This document shows, piece by piece, positions 52,000 through 64,000 of a DNA stretch of 64,000 bases. The notes below the pieces were generated by a model that ran no database searches, had not been told where the DNA came from, and worked only from the letters and a program-made list of their open reading frames with translations. Where the stretch lies: assembly GCA_051294375.1 (NCBI GenBank), contig CM119266.1, positions 4,524,573 through 4,588,572 on the forward strand. Reading direction: 5' to 3'. The first letter of the stretch is position 1. Every line of letters starts with the position of its first letter. The position numbers and the translations under genes are program-made. Source of the stretch: Paraspadella gotoi (taxonomy: Eukaryota > Animalia > Chaetognatha).

Positions 52000-53122
52000 C
52001 TAAGCCGACCATCATCTAGCTTGGAGGGAGGTCCATCGTCCCTCCATCCACGGTTCAAAGAGCTTTGATATAGACTGCCCTCCCAATACTTCTTGAGAAC
52101 CAGTTACGGGTTCATCGTGGACAGCCACGACGACGTCTCCGACTCTACTAAATTGAGTTGCGCCAGTGTTTTGCTTGTGTGCTCAGCAACAGCGCGGCAC
52201 AGCGGAAGGCAGAGTGCCCGCGCAGCGTCACGGTTAGCGGTTTCGCAGTTAGCCCTGTGAACCGAATACCATCAGAGACTTTCCTGTCCGCCCACGTCAT
52301 GCTTGCTGTGCAGGGTTGGTTGTCCCGCCTCCTGCACAGGCGCCGCCCCAAATAACGGCCTCCTGATCGTTTTTCGGTTTAACTGGGATTTTATCTTTCG
52401 GCTTTCACCAATGCCTACGGAAAGAACGCGCGTCGTCACTGAAGCTGGAGAATCCCCTGCTTTGCTAGCAACTCCGCACCAATATGACTCAGTGATCCCC
52501 TGCGTGGTTAGGGGAGCGCGAGACACAAGTGACCCCACGATTCTTAGGTCGCCTTCTGGCTTATCATCCGGGTGCGCTTTTTCTGTGGCTGGCGCGTGTC
52601 GCTCTTCAGCCAGCAAGCCTCCCTTCCGACCTCACTGGGGGTAGAGGGTGGCAGTCCTGCGTTCGCGGCTGCTACTTGGCAGCCCTCTGTTGGCCACTGC
52701 CCTCACCAGGGCACGGCCTCGGTACCCTAGCCTTCTCCGAAGGGCCCACACTGGGCTAACCATTGCATCGCTAAAGGCCCTTTGGACGTGCTTCAAGCTC
52801 GCGCCGGCCTGACAAGCTCGGGGTCCACGATCAGCTATGGCTCTCCTCAGCGTAAGGGATCTGACCTCTGGCGAGCTTGTTGAGACCAAGGCGCGCCATC
52901 GCGCAGCTCGACAGGGCAATGCTACGTGATTCTGTGTGGCGTCGGTTTTCGATATACCTGAAAATTCCAATGACGCCGCTCTCTGTCCGTCTATATTCCA
53001 GCCGACATCGAGCATTGGAATTTTCCACACCTCCTTCTCACATGTCACTTGATGCTCGCAGGATGCTTGCAAATGCGTGGTCAAGTTCCTGCAACGATAT
53101 TTCCCCTCTATCGCCAGGATGG
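52000..53122 (-). pseudogene. Frameshifted Penelope-type RT thumb, linker and GIY-YIG endonuclease
   Basis: Across frameshifts: ILAI (after YVDD) ... THL ... TCEKE..KIPMLDV ... QVYRKPT ... LKHVQRA..NG.P.WAL ... QGITE..VASKAG ... LVK.KDKIP ... ACAG..QPC ... AVAEH ... EAVYIKAL ... RDDG. Many indels may be read errors. Confidence 0.85.
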
Positions 53123-53525
53123 ATCTCTCTTCTCTATATCTCTCTTATTATATATCTTCTCTTCTTCTCTCTATCTATATCTATCTATTATATATATTAT
53201 CTTATATCTTACCANNNNNNNNNNNNNNNNNNNNNNNNNTTCACTTTATTCTAATTATGGTTTATCGAATTTTTTTTTTAACGAATGTTTAAAAAGTTTA
53301 TATTTTATTTTTATCGCTAATTTTAATTTTAAAAATTTCATACAAAGCAATTAACTAACACGCCAAGCGAAGTATGTTTAAAGTTTTATATAAAGAATTT
53401 AATAGATTTATTATTCTTTCTTTAAACAAAGAGCGTGACTCAGGTGAAGAAACGTCGAGTGAATGTGAAGTGAAAATCACGGATCAACTTTATTATTACA
53501 ACGAAGACCAGCGAAATGATAACTT

Positions 53526-53600
<75 letters not shown>

Positions 53601-53807
53601 TAAACGCGGATTCGTCAAAGCGTCAAATCCTCGTTGTCAAGGAGACGGTCAACGGTGAGGGTCGAATCCACGAATCGGAGATGAATGACGAAAACTACGA
53701 TGAGGACAACAACACCAACAACAACAAACGACGGGATGGACGGACTTTGTACGGACAATGAGAGAGGAGGAAGAGAGAGAGAGAGAGAGAGAAGAGAGAG
53801 GAGAGAG

Positions 53808-53846
<39 letters not shown>

Positions 53847-54197
53847 GAGAGAGGATTAACTTTGAGAGCGAGCTCAAACACTTTATAATGGCAGAAAACA
53901 ATCGGAATTGTCAAAACGAACGAGCGAAGAAAAAACGAAATATAACCAAACAATATAACAACATATAACCCATGAGCCAAAAAAAAAACACCAATATATC
54001 TGTCACACTGCACTAAAAACTTAATACAAAATTGTTCATTGCACTAGATTTTTAACAAATACGATTCGCCGACAAATTGGCGATTTTACCATCTTTGTGA
54101 GCAAATAGATTTAAAGTTGTTAATGATAATTGATTAAAATCAAATTTATACACAAAAAACGTCAGGTAGTTATTTATCATTTTAAAAAATCTGAGCA

Positions 54198-54277
54198 AGT
54201 CTATCTCAACTCAGTAAATCTGAGTAAATCTGAGTAAATCTGAGTAAATCTGAATAAGTCTATCTCAACTCAGTAAA
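54198..54277. repeat. 10-bp repeat (AGTAAATCTG) bracketed by the direct repeat AGTCTATCTCAACTCAGTAAA
   Basis: Visible directly. Confidence 0.85.
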
Positions 54278-54462
54278 GTACGACAGTGGTTTCTTTCGTA
54301 TCATTGGATTTGGTTCACGGGGTAGATTTAATTCGACTGGCTATAAAAGAAAGGAATTATTATATTGTAAATAAGCATTAAATAATGAAGATAACATTTA
54401 AAAGATGATCATAGGTCAATGGAGATTGTGGACTTAAAAAAATGGAAGAAAGGAAGAAAAAA

Positions 54463-54500
<38 letters not shown>

Positions 54501-55273
54501 AAACGACGACGACGATACTTAAGTTGAGTAAACAAAGAACGAAACTTAATCGACGTCATTTTTTATCTACGGAGACGCGAAGATGATCAAGCGACGCCAC
54601 ATTGACCGCAGCCGCCGCTGCAGCCGCCGCCACTTCAGACGCCGCTACCGCGGCCTCGACCGCCGCTGATGCCGCCGCCGCAGCAGCCGCTTCAAGCGCC
54701 ACCTCAACTCGCTTATCTCTTTATTTCTTCTAATCGACCGGTCAGTTTTATTGCGTTTCATTGGTGGCGACCAACAAGCGCAATTCGATGGAAAGAAGCG
54801 TGTGCACTGTGCACTGCACTGCACTGCACCTCACTGCACTGCATTGCACTACACTGCACTGTGCAGCCTGGCTCGAGAGAATGTTTGTTAAATTATAGAT
54901 TTTGGAACAAAACACAAAAGAGTTTCATATGAGCTTATAAAATTGTTTTATTTAAACAAAGTCTTACTTTTTATTTTCGTCGAAAGTAAGATCTTAGATG
55001 AGCATTGAGCATTGAGCAATGAACATACCCAGCCATGCCATGCCGTGCCATTCAATCGTCTATCGTCATTATTGTTAAAATAATTAAAATAATTGTTAGT
55101 TAATTATTACTCAATTCTAAAGTCGTTAAAGACTATGATAATTAATCTTGAGCGGAAACTAAAACGAAGTAATGAAATTGATACAACAAATAATATTAAA
55201 CCATCTATTAAGACGAGATACAGAGCTGAAACTAAATTGATAGAGAATAATGAATGCTAATATCTCCAAACTT

Positions 55274-55322
<49 letters not shown>

Positions 55323-56049
55323 TCAAGAATTATTCCGCATAAAGAAAAAGAGGGAAATGAGCGACGTCTTTCCTTTTCCTCTGATTTCTCGGAAATCCGA
55401 CGAGAAAAAAAAAGATACAAATGAGAGGGATCGCCCTGTAAAATGTAAAAAGGGTAAAGGGTGTTCCGCGCGGAGGGGGGAGGAGTAGGGGGGAGTAGAA
55501 ATGGAGGAAAAGAAAGAAGATACAAAAGAAAAGGAGGAGGAGGAGGAGGAGGAGGACGAGTGGTCAGTCTCGTCGTTGGCCGTTGACATGCAGATGACTT
55601 TAGCAAAGGATCCCTTTTAGCCTTTTAGCCTTCCTATGATCCTGGCCCATTAGCATATGGGCTTGGACACAATCAGAGGGTACGGTCCGGCGGCGAGGAA
55701 AGGAGGAGGTGGCGATGGAGTAAAGGAAAAGAAAGGGGGAAGGAGGAAAAGGGGAGGAAAGGAGAGGGGGAGGGAGGAAGAAAGGAGAGGAAAGGGAGAG
55801 GGAGGGAAAAGGGGAGGAAAGAGAGGGAGGGAGGAAAAGGGAAGGAAAGGAGAGGGAGGGAGGAAAGGGAGAGAAAAGAGAGGGATTAGAAGAGGAAGGA
55901 AGAAAGAAGGAAAGGAAAGAAACGGGAAGATAGGAAAAGAAATCCAAATGTAAAAATGAAGAAAATATGGGATATGGTATAGGAAAACATTAGTGAGAAA
56001 TATTCTAATATTTATAATAGGGAAGCCAATTGCTCTGAGAGGAAAAAAA

Positions 56050-56180
56050 TAAGTCTTGATTGAAAGCTTGCAGGGTCCAGCTAGGTAATTATCTTGTAAG
56101 GCCTTAACATTCCATACTCCATAGCTTGTCCGAAGTCAGGGAAAGATCGCTTATTTATTGGATGAATGATCATAATCTAT
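56050..56180 (+). repeat. Dispersed non-coding repeat family, copy 3 (repeated at about 63390-63520 inside the suspected artefactual duplicate)
   Basis: agcttgcagggtccagctaggtaattatcttgtaag ... gcttgtccgaagtcagggaaagatcgcttatttatt. Confidence 0.65.
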
Positions 56181-56478
56181 TTATAACATAAGATAGAGAT
56201 ATACTATTATTATAAAAAGAAGAAAGATGAACGAGAAAGAAGTAAAATCATAATAAAGGATTAACTGTACAATTGAGGGAACAGAAAATGATCAAAGCGA
56301 AATCGTCGTAATCTTCGTCATCTACGAAATTCTTCGTTGTCTAAATCTAAGAACCGAGATTTTCAGGGTGCAAAGGTCTTCGAAGGGTTCAAGGGTTTCT
56401 TGGGTTCAAAGGTTCCAGGGTGTGGAGGACAGAGCGCGAACGACGAGGGCGCCTCGCGTCGCTAGCCGATGGGCGTCG

Positions 56479-56583
56479 CCAATCAGGGTCGTCATTGCGA
56501 GAGGGGCGTGGTCCGGCGACGTCTTACATTGCGTGATCATTGCGCGAGGATTGCGTGCACAAAGCGTGCACAATGCGTGCGCA
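56479..56583. promoter_or_regulatory. Promoter-like CpG-rich cluster (CCAAT, GC box, MRE-like and XRE-like motifs)
   Basis: CCAAT 56479; GGGGCGTGG 56503; reverse TGCRCNC at 56553, 56564 and 56577; TTGCGTG at 56529 and 56551. Confidence 0.35.
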
Positions 56584-57087
56584 GTCGCGCTGTCGGGAGA
56601 AGAATCGGACAAGCGTCTCTCTCTTTGTTTCGCTCGGATCATTTGAAGTTAGATATATTTGAAATGTTTATTTTATTATTTATCTAAATTATCAAATCAC
56701 TATGTGTTGTATTTTTGCTTAACCTCTCTCCTAAGTGCCACACAAACTTTCCTCTGGACACCATAATAGTCCACTTCTTTTAGGATAGTACTTTAGTTTA
56801 TTATTCAAATTACAGTGTAAATATATTTCACCTGAATAAAATTGGTATAACTAACACAAAGCAAACAATCTCGCAATTCTCTTGTCTCCAACAAACAATA
56901 TCATAATTAGGGTCTAGACATTTAAGTTTAAAACGATTTGCGATTTAAATAATTACAGTCACAGATTCAAGTCGTGACTATGTCCTGACCAATAAAAGGC
57001 CCCGAAATTAGAATAACGGTTGATGATCAATTATTTTCTCATTCCTCCGTAATGGGCTTAGTGATTATTTCGACCGGCAGGGGGCGA

Positions 57088-57139
<52 letters not shown>

Positions 57140-58779
57140 AGAGAGAGAGGAGAGAGAGAGAGATGAGAGAGAGAAGATTGATTTGTCCATCGACGAAGGG
57201 CAACCGGACATTCGTGACGACGATCCTGAACTCAGAGCCTCTGGCGGCGCAACTGAGAAAAGCAACTTCGAGTATAAGGACAATAACAATAACAGTTACA
57301 AGAAGCGGAAAATTTTGAACGCCCCTTCGCCCGCAACGACCCCGCCCTCTCGAGGCCCAGAATTGAAACACGGAAGCGAAAAGAAGAAAGAAGAGGAAAA
57401 GATGGCGAGGGGGTATTGAGGTATCGGAGGTATTGGGTATTGGGGTATCGATGAATTGGGGTATTGGGGTATTGGGCATAGGGGTGAGGCAATAGCTCGT
57501 CCGCCAGCCGCTTTCCCCTCTGCCGCCGTCGATCCTAACATCGCCCGCCGCCGCCGCGTCAATGTCGGCAGCCGCTCGCCCACCTCTGCCGCTTTTTCCT
57601 TCCGCCGCCGCCACCTTCGTCTGCCGCTGTCGCCGCTAGGCGCCCCATTTCCGCTACCGCCTCCCGCCGCCACTGTCGTCGCTTCTGCAGCCGCTTCCCG
57701 CTTCCGTAATTGCTGTCGCCTTGCCAAAAAAAAAAAGCTGATTCTCCGTCGAAGGCAAAGATCAAAACAAGTTGGTTTTAATCACAGATTCTGTTTTCTT
57801 TTTCTTTTTCTTTTTTTTTTTTGCGTCAAACTTTGGGCGTCTCTTCATTTCGGCGGGAAAGAATCTTTTGGGGGGCGGTCGAGGGGGGGAAGGAAGGTTT
57901 TGGGGTGACGCGGGGGGGCTTAAGGGGATGGAGGGGTTAGAGAAAATAGTTTATGGATGAGATTAAGGATTAGAATTATGATTAATTAGGTAACAGATTA
58001 TGGTTAATATTAAGTTTAATATCAAGTTCCAGAAGATTAAGAACAAAAAATGGACCGCTTTTGTTAAGAGAGCCGGGAAGTTCTCGCGAGATAGGGGTGA
58101 GCGGGGGGCGCGTTTGGAATCCGAGGCCCAACGAAATCGGAGGCGAAAAAGGAAAAAGAGAGAAAATTAAGGAAGAGAAAAATGAGAAAATGGAAGGAGG
58201 AAAGGAAAGGAAGGATAAGGGAGAAAAAGGAAAGGAAAGGAGGGACAAGGGAGAAAAAGGAAAGGAAAGGAAGGATTAGAAAAGAGGAGAAAATGGTCGC
58301 GATGTTAAAAATATTATTATCAGGGTGAGTTCGCCTCTTTCTTTCTTTGCGGGTTTGTGAAAAATTGTTAAGGGTAAAATATGAGGAACGAGGTGATTTG
58401 AGTGATTAAGGTAAATAAAATAAGTAGTAAAGTAATATAAAGTAGTAACAGGGAAGATAAAAGAGATTACAGTATAACAGTTGGTAAGCGGGAATAAAAA
58501 GAAACTTAAAAAATTGTCCAATACAAAATTACAAATGACAAAATCGCAATGAATACAGACGTTGGGCAGGCTATTGTGAATGGTGATTTCAGACCCCTAT
58601 TCCTTTTAACAAAATAATCACTATTATGGAGTGATTATTAATTATTAATTATTATTATTATTATTAACCACAGAGTAAAACCTAAAAACTTTAAAATGAG
58701 GATCGAAAAAAGAGAACACAAGTTATGGCGCCGAAATTCTCTACAACGCAAGAGGCAGCGCATAAAGAAAAGCATTATC

Positions 58780-58848
<69 letters not shown>

Positions 58849-59764
58849 AGAGGAGAGCGAGAGAGAGAGAGAGAGATGGGGCCGATCTCCCTCCGCCCGA
58901 TTTTCGTCGAGGAAATTGGAAAAAAGAAAACTTTGGCAAAGAAGATCCGGAGCCGGAGCCGCCGGCGCTGCAGTCGTCGCCGCAGCCGCAATCGCAGCCG
59001 CAGCCGCAGCCGACGTCGACGACGAATGAATAAACGGACGATCAAAGTTTCTCTTCTCTATTTTTTTGGGAAAAATAGGAATTTCTTTTGGGTGGCAGGT
59101 GAGGTGGAGCTGGGGTTGGGGTAGGGTGGGAGTGGGGTTGGTTTGGAGTCCGAGGGGGGGACAGAGGGAGAAGGGGGTAAAGGAATGGGGTTCCGACGAC
59201 GGAGGCCAATAAAGCTGAAGTGAGGCTAAGGTTAAGGCTAGGGTAAAGTTAGAATAAGACTAATACAATTTGTATTACAAAGGCTGAAAATGGCTGAAGT
59301 AAAATTAAGGTAAGGCTGAGAAAAGGCTAAGCAAAGGCCTAAGGTTAGGCTAAGGGAGGAAAGCAAAGGAGTGAAAGAAAACGGGTGAGCCATTCTTTTT
59401 CCTTTTTTTGACAGGTGCGTTCATCGCGTAGTGGCGTGGCGGAGGAAGGCAGCGATTCGGGTTTTTTGGACCCACGTCGGAAGTGTGTCAAATAGGCGTC
59501 GGTAATTTGGAAAGAGTGTGCCCCGCGTGTGCGCGGTAAGCGGTATGTGAGGGAGAAATGGGCGAGAAAAGCATAGTACGAAGAGAAACAATAAACGTGG
59601 GAAGGTCAATGGGTGAAATCTTACATTAAATTGAATTGAATTCTCAGATTTTTTATCTTTTGCATCGGTAGCCGGTTGTATTACGTAAGTCAGCACGTTA
59701 AACGTCAGACGTGCCCCTTGCCGGAATTCGCAGCATCGGAAGTATCTATTTCAGTATCTGTTAG

Positions 59765-60100
59765 TCTCTGCTCCGGCAATCTCTGCGTCGACAATCTCTG
59801 CATCGGCATTCTCTACTCCGACAATCTTTGCACCGGCAATAACTGCATCGGCAGTTTGTTTTTTTTCTCTCTTTCATCATCATTTGGTATTCTTTGCTTA
59901 GGCAATCTCTTGTTTGATAAACTCTGCTTTAACAATCTCTTTGTCATTAATCTCTGTACCGGCAGTTCGTCTCTTTCCATCTCTGTTATTTGGTAGACTT
60001 TGCTTCGGCAATCTTTACGTCTGCAATCTCTACGTCGGCAATATCTATGTCTGCAATCTCTACGTCGGATCTCTCTACGTCGGTAGTTTGTCTCTTTCCT
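59765..60100. repeat. Degenerate 15-bp minisatellite (GGCAATCTCTRCGTC) in three higher-order blocks
   Basis: Each block ends in gg(c/t)agtt(t/c)gt...ctctttc. Confidence 0.8.
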
Positions 60101-60611
60101 ACTTTTCCTCCGCGACTTCCGACTTAATTTCAGCCTCTGAATTTTGGGTCGCGATTAATTTAACAAATTTTCGCGCGAAAAATTAAACGGAATCATTAAG
60201 ACGCGCGGACGCGAGAGAGAGAAGGGATAGCGGAAAAGAGTGAGTCGGGAGTCTTTTGCGTTTACCTTATTATCGTTCGACTATATTTCGCTAAAAAGAG
60301 AGGTTGCGGACATGTTCTGACAGTTACGGACCGGTTCGGGCAGGCCGAGACATGTTCAAAAAGGTTTGGACGGGTTCAGTTGGACAAAATTGTAAACATA
60401 AATATCTAAAATAAGCCTAAATAGAACTTAATCACGAATCAAGTAGCCAAAGAATCGATCAGTACGGCTGAATAATAGCATAGTGTGGGCATTGATTCGC
60501 GTCGAATGGCATCCAATGCAAGGACCTGCAACATCAGCGTCGAATGGCAGAATGGATTTCGAAAAGGTTCATCGTTGAATGAAAGGAGTAAAACGGATTC
60601 TAATTCCGGCG

Positions 60612-60643
<32 letters not shown>

Positions 60644-60847
60644 ACGACGCGTACGACGTAACGGGGTAATGCTTAATTGGAAATCGAGGATTTTAAGACT
60701 TGATGTACTGAAACCATTACGGGCGGAAAATGGGGCCCTAAAATGGGAATGGACCTAAATTAGGATTGGAGGAAAAGCGTTGGGCTACAAATGAGGAAAT
60801 GGTTATGTTGCTAAGTGGAGAAGGGAAGAGGAAAGATTAGGGAGGAA

Positions 60848-60929
<82 letters not shown>

Positions 60930-61367
60930 CAGAGAGAACTTGGAAAGGGAGAACAATAAGATTAAAGAATCTGGGTAATAAAGAGATTGGAAGAAGAATA
61001 GAATGACAGAGAAAAATTTACATCAAATCACATAAAGGAAAAAAAGTGGGGAAATCAGAAACGCGCGTTTTAAAAAAAAAATGAAAGAAGAAAGAAGAAA
61101 TAAAAAATAGTGGAAGAAGGCTAAAGAGATTTTCCTTTTCTTCTCAGTGAAAGATTTTTCTAACGAAAAAAGGTTGATTGTGATTTTAAACTAAATCTTC
61201 GTTACATACTGTTAAGCCATAAGCTTTAAGGCTTAAGGAAATCTGGATAAAAAAAAAGAACATCGTACGAAGGCGGAAAAGGTAAGATAGGCCGTTGAGA
61301 ACTCACCCCGTTCTCAGGTACAATCTAAAAGGAGCCACGCCCCACTTTCTCTCTCTCTCTCTTTCTA

Positions 61368-61462
<95 letters not shown>

Positions 61463-62563
61463 CGATGGCACTTTTTTCCAATTAAGTCGCCGATTAAAAT
61501 CTTCGCGCGACAAAATCTCGAGCCACCTTTTTTTAGGCGGGAACTGAGAAAGAATGGGAAAAGGGAATATGTGGGGAAAAAAGTAAAAGGAGAAATTAAA
61601 AAAACTTTAAATTTTATAAAAAAAGCCATGTAATTGTTAAATGGGGGAAATAAAAAGGAAGCTAGAAAAGGGAAGAAGGTACCAAAAAAATTGTTTTAGC
61701 TTCAAGCATCAATATGAACATGTGTTATTCGACCTTAATTTAAAAAGAATAATGTTTGGGAATTAAAAAGTAACAAATATACACGTTAATTTAATTCAGA
61801 ACAACGAGACATCACCCTGGTCGATGCTCTTTATCAGTCTAAACGAAATTCTTTCGAAGATTCGCTTTAATCTCGCGCCCTTTTGACTCGAAGAGGCTCC
61901 AGCTGATAAGGTCGTCAACAAAACAACAGTCGACTACTACAGCCATTGCCTCAAATGTTCTCCAGATGTTGATGGCGACGTCGATCATGAATGACTCCTA
62001 AAATGACTCATTAACTCTCCATACTCAACATCTGTTAGAATTTTTCTGTGATAGTCAAATTCTGTGATTCTCCGTATTTTTGTTTTAAATTTTTGATGCC
62101 CCGTTTGGACGACCAGTCTACCTCATTTGTTTTGTTGTCTTTTTTTCTTTCAGAAAAAAAAAATTCTCGTTAATAACGAAATCAAATTTGACGTTATTAT
62201 ATATATATATATTATACTATTTTGGATACAATATTCTTGCCTGTGCAATTAATTTTATTTTAACGACTGTTATCTTTAGATTGTCGATGTAATTACCCTT
62301 ATTTATTTTTTTTCTTTATTTTCTATAGATAATTTTTCAGAAATGAACCGCGTTTTTTTTTAAATTAAAGTTTAAGTTTTTATTACTTTTCTTGTGATAT
62401 CGAGGTCACCAATCTTATTGTTCTCTTTCCAAGCGGTTGCTGTCAGTGTAGGTACAGTTGAAAAAGAACCCCCTCTCTGACCTTGCGGAGAAGGGAGAAG
62501 ACGTCGGGAGAGAAACCGTGCTACAAGACGGAAATCTGNNNNNNNNNNNNNNNNNNNNNNNNN

Positions 62564-64000
62564 TATCCGCATAAAGAAAAAGAGGGAAATGAGGACGTTC
62601 CTTTCCGTTTTCCTTCTGTATTCTTCGGAATCCGACGAAGAAAAAAAAAGAGGATTACAAATTGAGAGGGATTCGCCCTGGTTAAATGTAAAAAAAAAAG
62701 GGGTTTTTGTTGTGGTGTATAGGTTGTTTCCGCCGCGGTGAGGGGAGAAGTTAGGAAGAGGGAATTCCAGGTATCCACGTAAAGAGAAATGGCAGGGAAA
62801 AAGAAAGGATACAAATAGAACAAGGCGATCAAGGAGGAGGGTACGTAAGATCAGGAAACTAATGTGGAGACGAAGGACGACTAGATGGTCGTCTCGTCGT
62901 TTGGCGTTTCGAACTGCGTACGACCGTTTTGACATGCAGATGACTTTAGCAAAGGATCCCTTTTAGCCTTTTAGCCTTCCTATGATCCTGGCCCATTAGC
63001 ATATGGGCTTGGACACAATCAGAGAGGTACGGTCGCCGCGGCGAGGAAAGGAAGAGGGGGGAGGAGAAAGGGGAGGGAAAAGGAAAAGAGGGGAGGGAGG
63101 AAGGAGGAAAGGAGAGGGGGAGGGAGGAAAAGGGGGAGGAAAGGGAGGGGAGGGAGGAAGAAGAGAAAGGGAGGAAAGAGAGGGGAGGAAGGAGAAGGGG
63201 AGAAGGAGGAGGGGAGGAGAAGGGAGAGGAAAAGAGAGGATTAGAAAGAGGAGGAAGAAAGAAGGAAAGGAAAGAAACGGGAAGATAGGAAAAGAATCAA
63301 ATTAAAATAAGAAAATATGATATTATAAAAACATTATAGAAATATTCTAATATTTAATAGGGAAGCCAATTGCTCTGAGAGGAAAAAAATAAGTCTTGAT
63401 TGAAAGCTTGCAGGGTCAGCTAGGTAATTATCTTTGTAAGGCCTTAACATTCCATACTCCATAGCTTGTCCGAAGTCAGGGAAAGATGCCTTATTTATTG
63501 GATGAATGATCATAATCTATTTATAACATAGATAAGAGATATACTATTATTATAAAAGAAGAAAATGAACGAGAAAGAAGTAAATCATAATAAGGATTAA
63601 CTGTAACAATTGAGGGAACAGAAAATGATCAAAGCGAAATCGTCGTAATCTTCGTCATCTACGAAATTCTTCGTTGTCTAAATCTAAGAACCCGAGATTT
63701 TCAGGGTGCAAAGGTCTTCGAAGGGTTCAAGGGTTCTTGGTTTCAAAGTTTCAGGGTGTGGAGGACGAGCGCGAACGACGAGGGCGCCTCGCGTCGCTAG
63801 CCGATGGGCGTCGCCAATCAGGGTCGTCATTGCGAGAGGGGCGTGGTCCGGCGACGTCTTACATGTGCGTGATCATTGCGCGAGGATTGCGTGCACAAAG
63901 CTGTGCACAATGCGTGCGCAGTCGCGCTGGTCGGGAGAAGAATCGGACAAGCGTCTCTCTCTTTGTTTCGCTCGGATCATTGAAGTTAGATATATTTGAA
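62564..64000 (+). other. Direct copy of about 55332-56663 (probable artefact)
   Basis: Colinear match starting right after a 25-N gap; indel density falls with distance from the gap. Confidence 0.85.

Larger units (their letters stand above)
50880..53122 (-). mobile_element. Penelope-like retroelement copy B, 5'-truncated (RT C-terminus, GIY-YIG, 3' pseudo-LTR with hammerhead)
   Basis: Ordered Penelope-type protein motifs on the minus strand, followed by a 3' region homologous to copy A and a hammerhead. Confidence 0.88.

Noticed and set aside
52148-52351. GHSAFR, resembling a tyrosine-recombinase (DIRS) motif
   Set aside because: It is an off-frame reading inside the GIY-YIG region; the flanking motifs are Penelope-type.
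59215-59355. Telomere-like GGCTAA/GGTTAG units and a nearby G-rich tract
   Set aside because: Too degenerate and short to call interstitial telomeric repeat; similar low-complexity sequence is common here.
62564-64000. Segmental duplication of 55.3-56.7 kb
   Set aside because: Begins at a 25-N gap with error density falling away from it, which fits a gap-fill artefact.

Overview
Eukaryotic (most likely invertebrate animal) scaffold that is gene-poor, gap-ridden and saturated with microsatellites ((GA)n, (GAC)n, (GAAA)n, (GAAT)n, (CAT)n). Nearly all long ORFs in the track are translations of N-runs or simple repeats. Three things are supported. (1) Four phase-consistent minus-strand exons (12274-11114) encode an N-terminal eh1 motif (SSFTIDSLIG, most like Gbx/unplugged) and Ala/Pro/Ser-rich sequence; no homeobox is visible, and it may lie in a gap. 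(2) There are two diverged copies of one Penelope-like retroelement family (about 20928-22200 and 50880-53122) with a C-terminal GIY-YIG endonuclease; the second also keeps the RT C-terminus. Each 3' pseudo-LTR ends in a minimal hammerhead ribozyme and carries two (TC)n tracts at homologous positions, and the first copy has the inverted-3'-end structure typical of these elements. (3) Several minisatellites, a small dispersed repeat family and candidate regulatory motif clusters are present. Eight gaps of exactly 25 N, most next to indel-rich copies of nearby sequence, indicate long-read gap-filling artefacts, so most apparent duplications and large inversions are probably not biological. All alignments and folds were done by eye.
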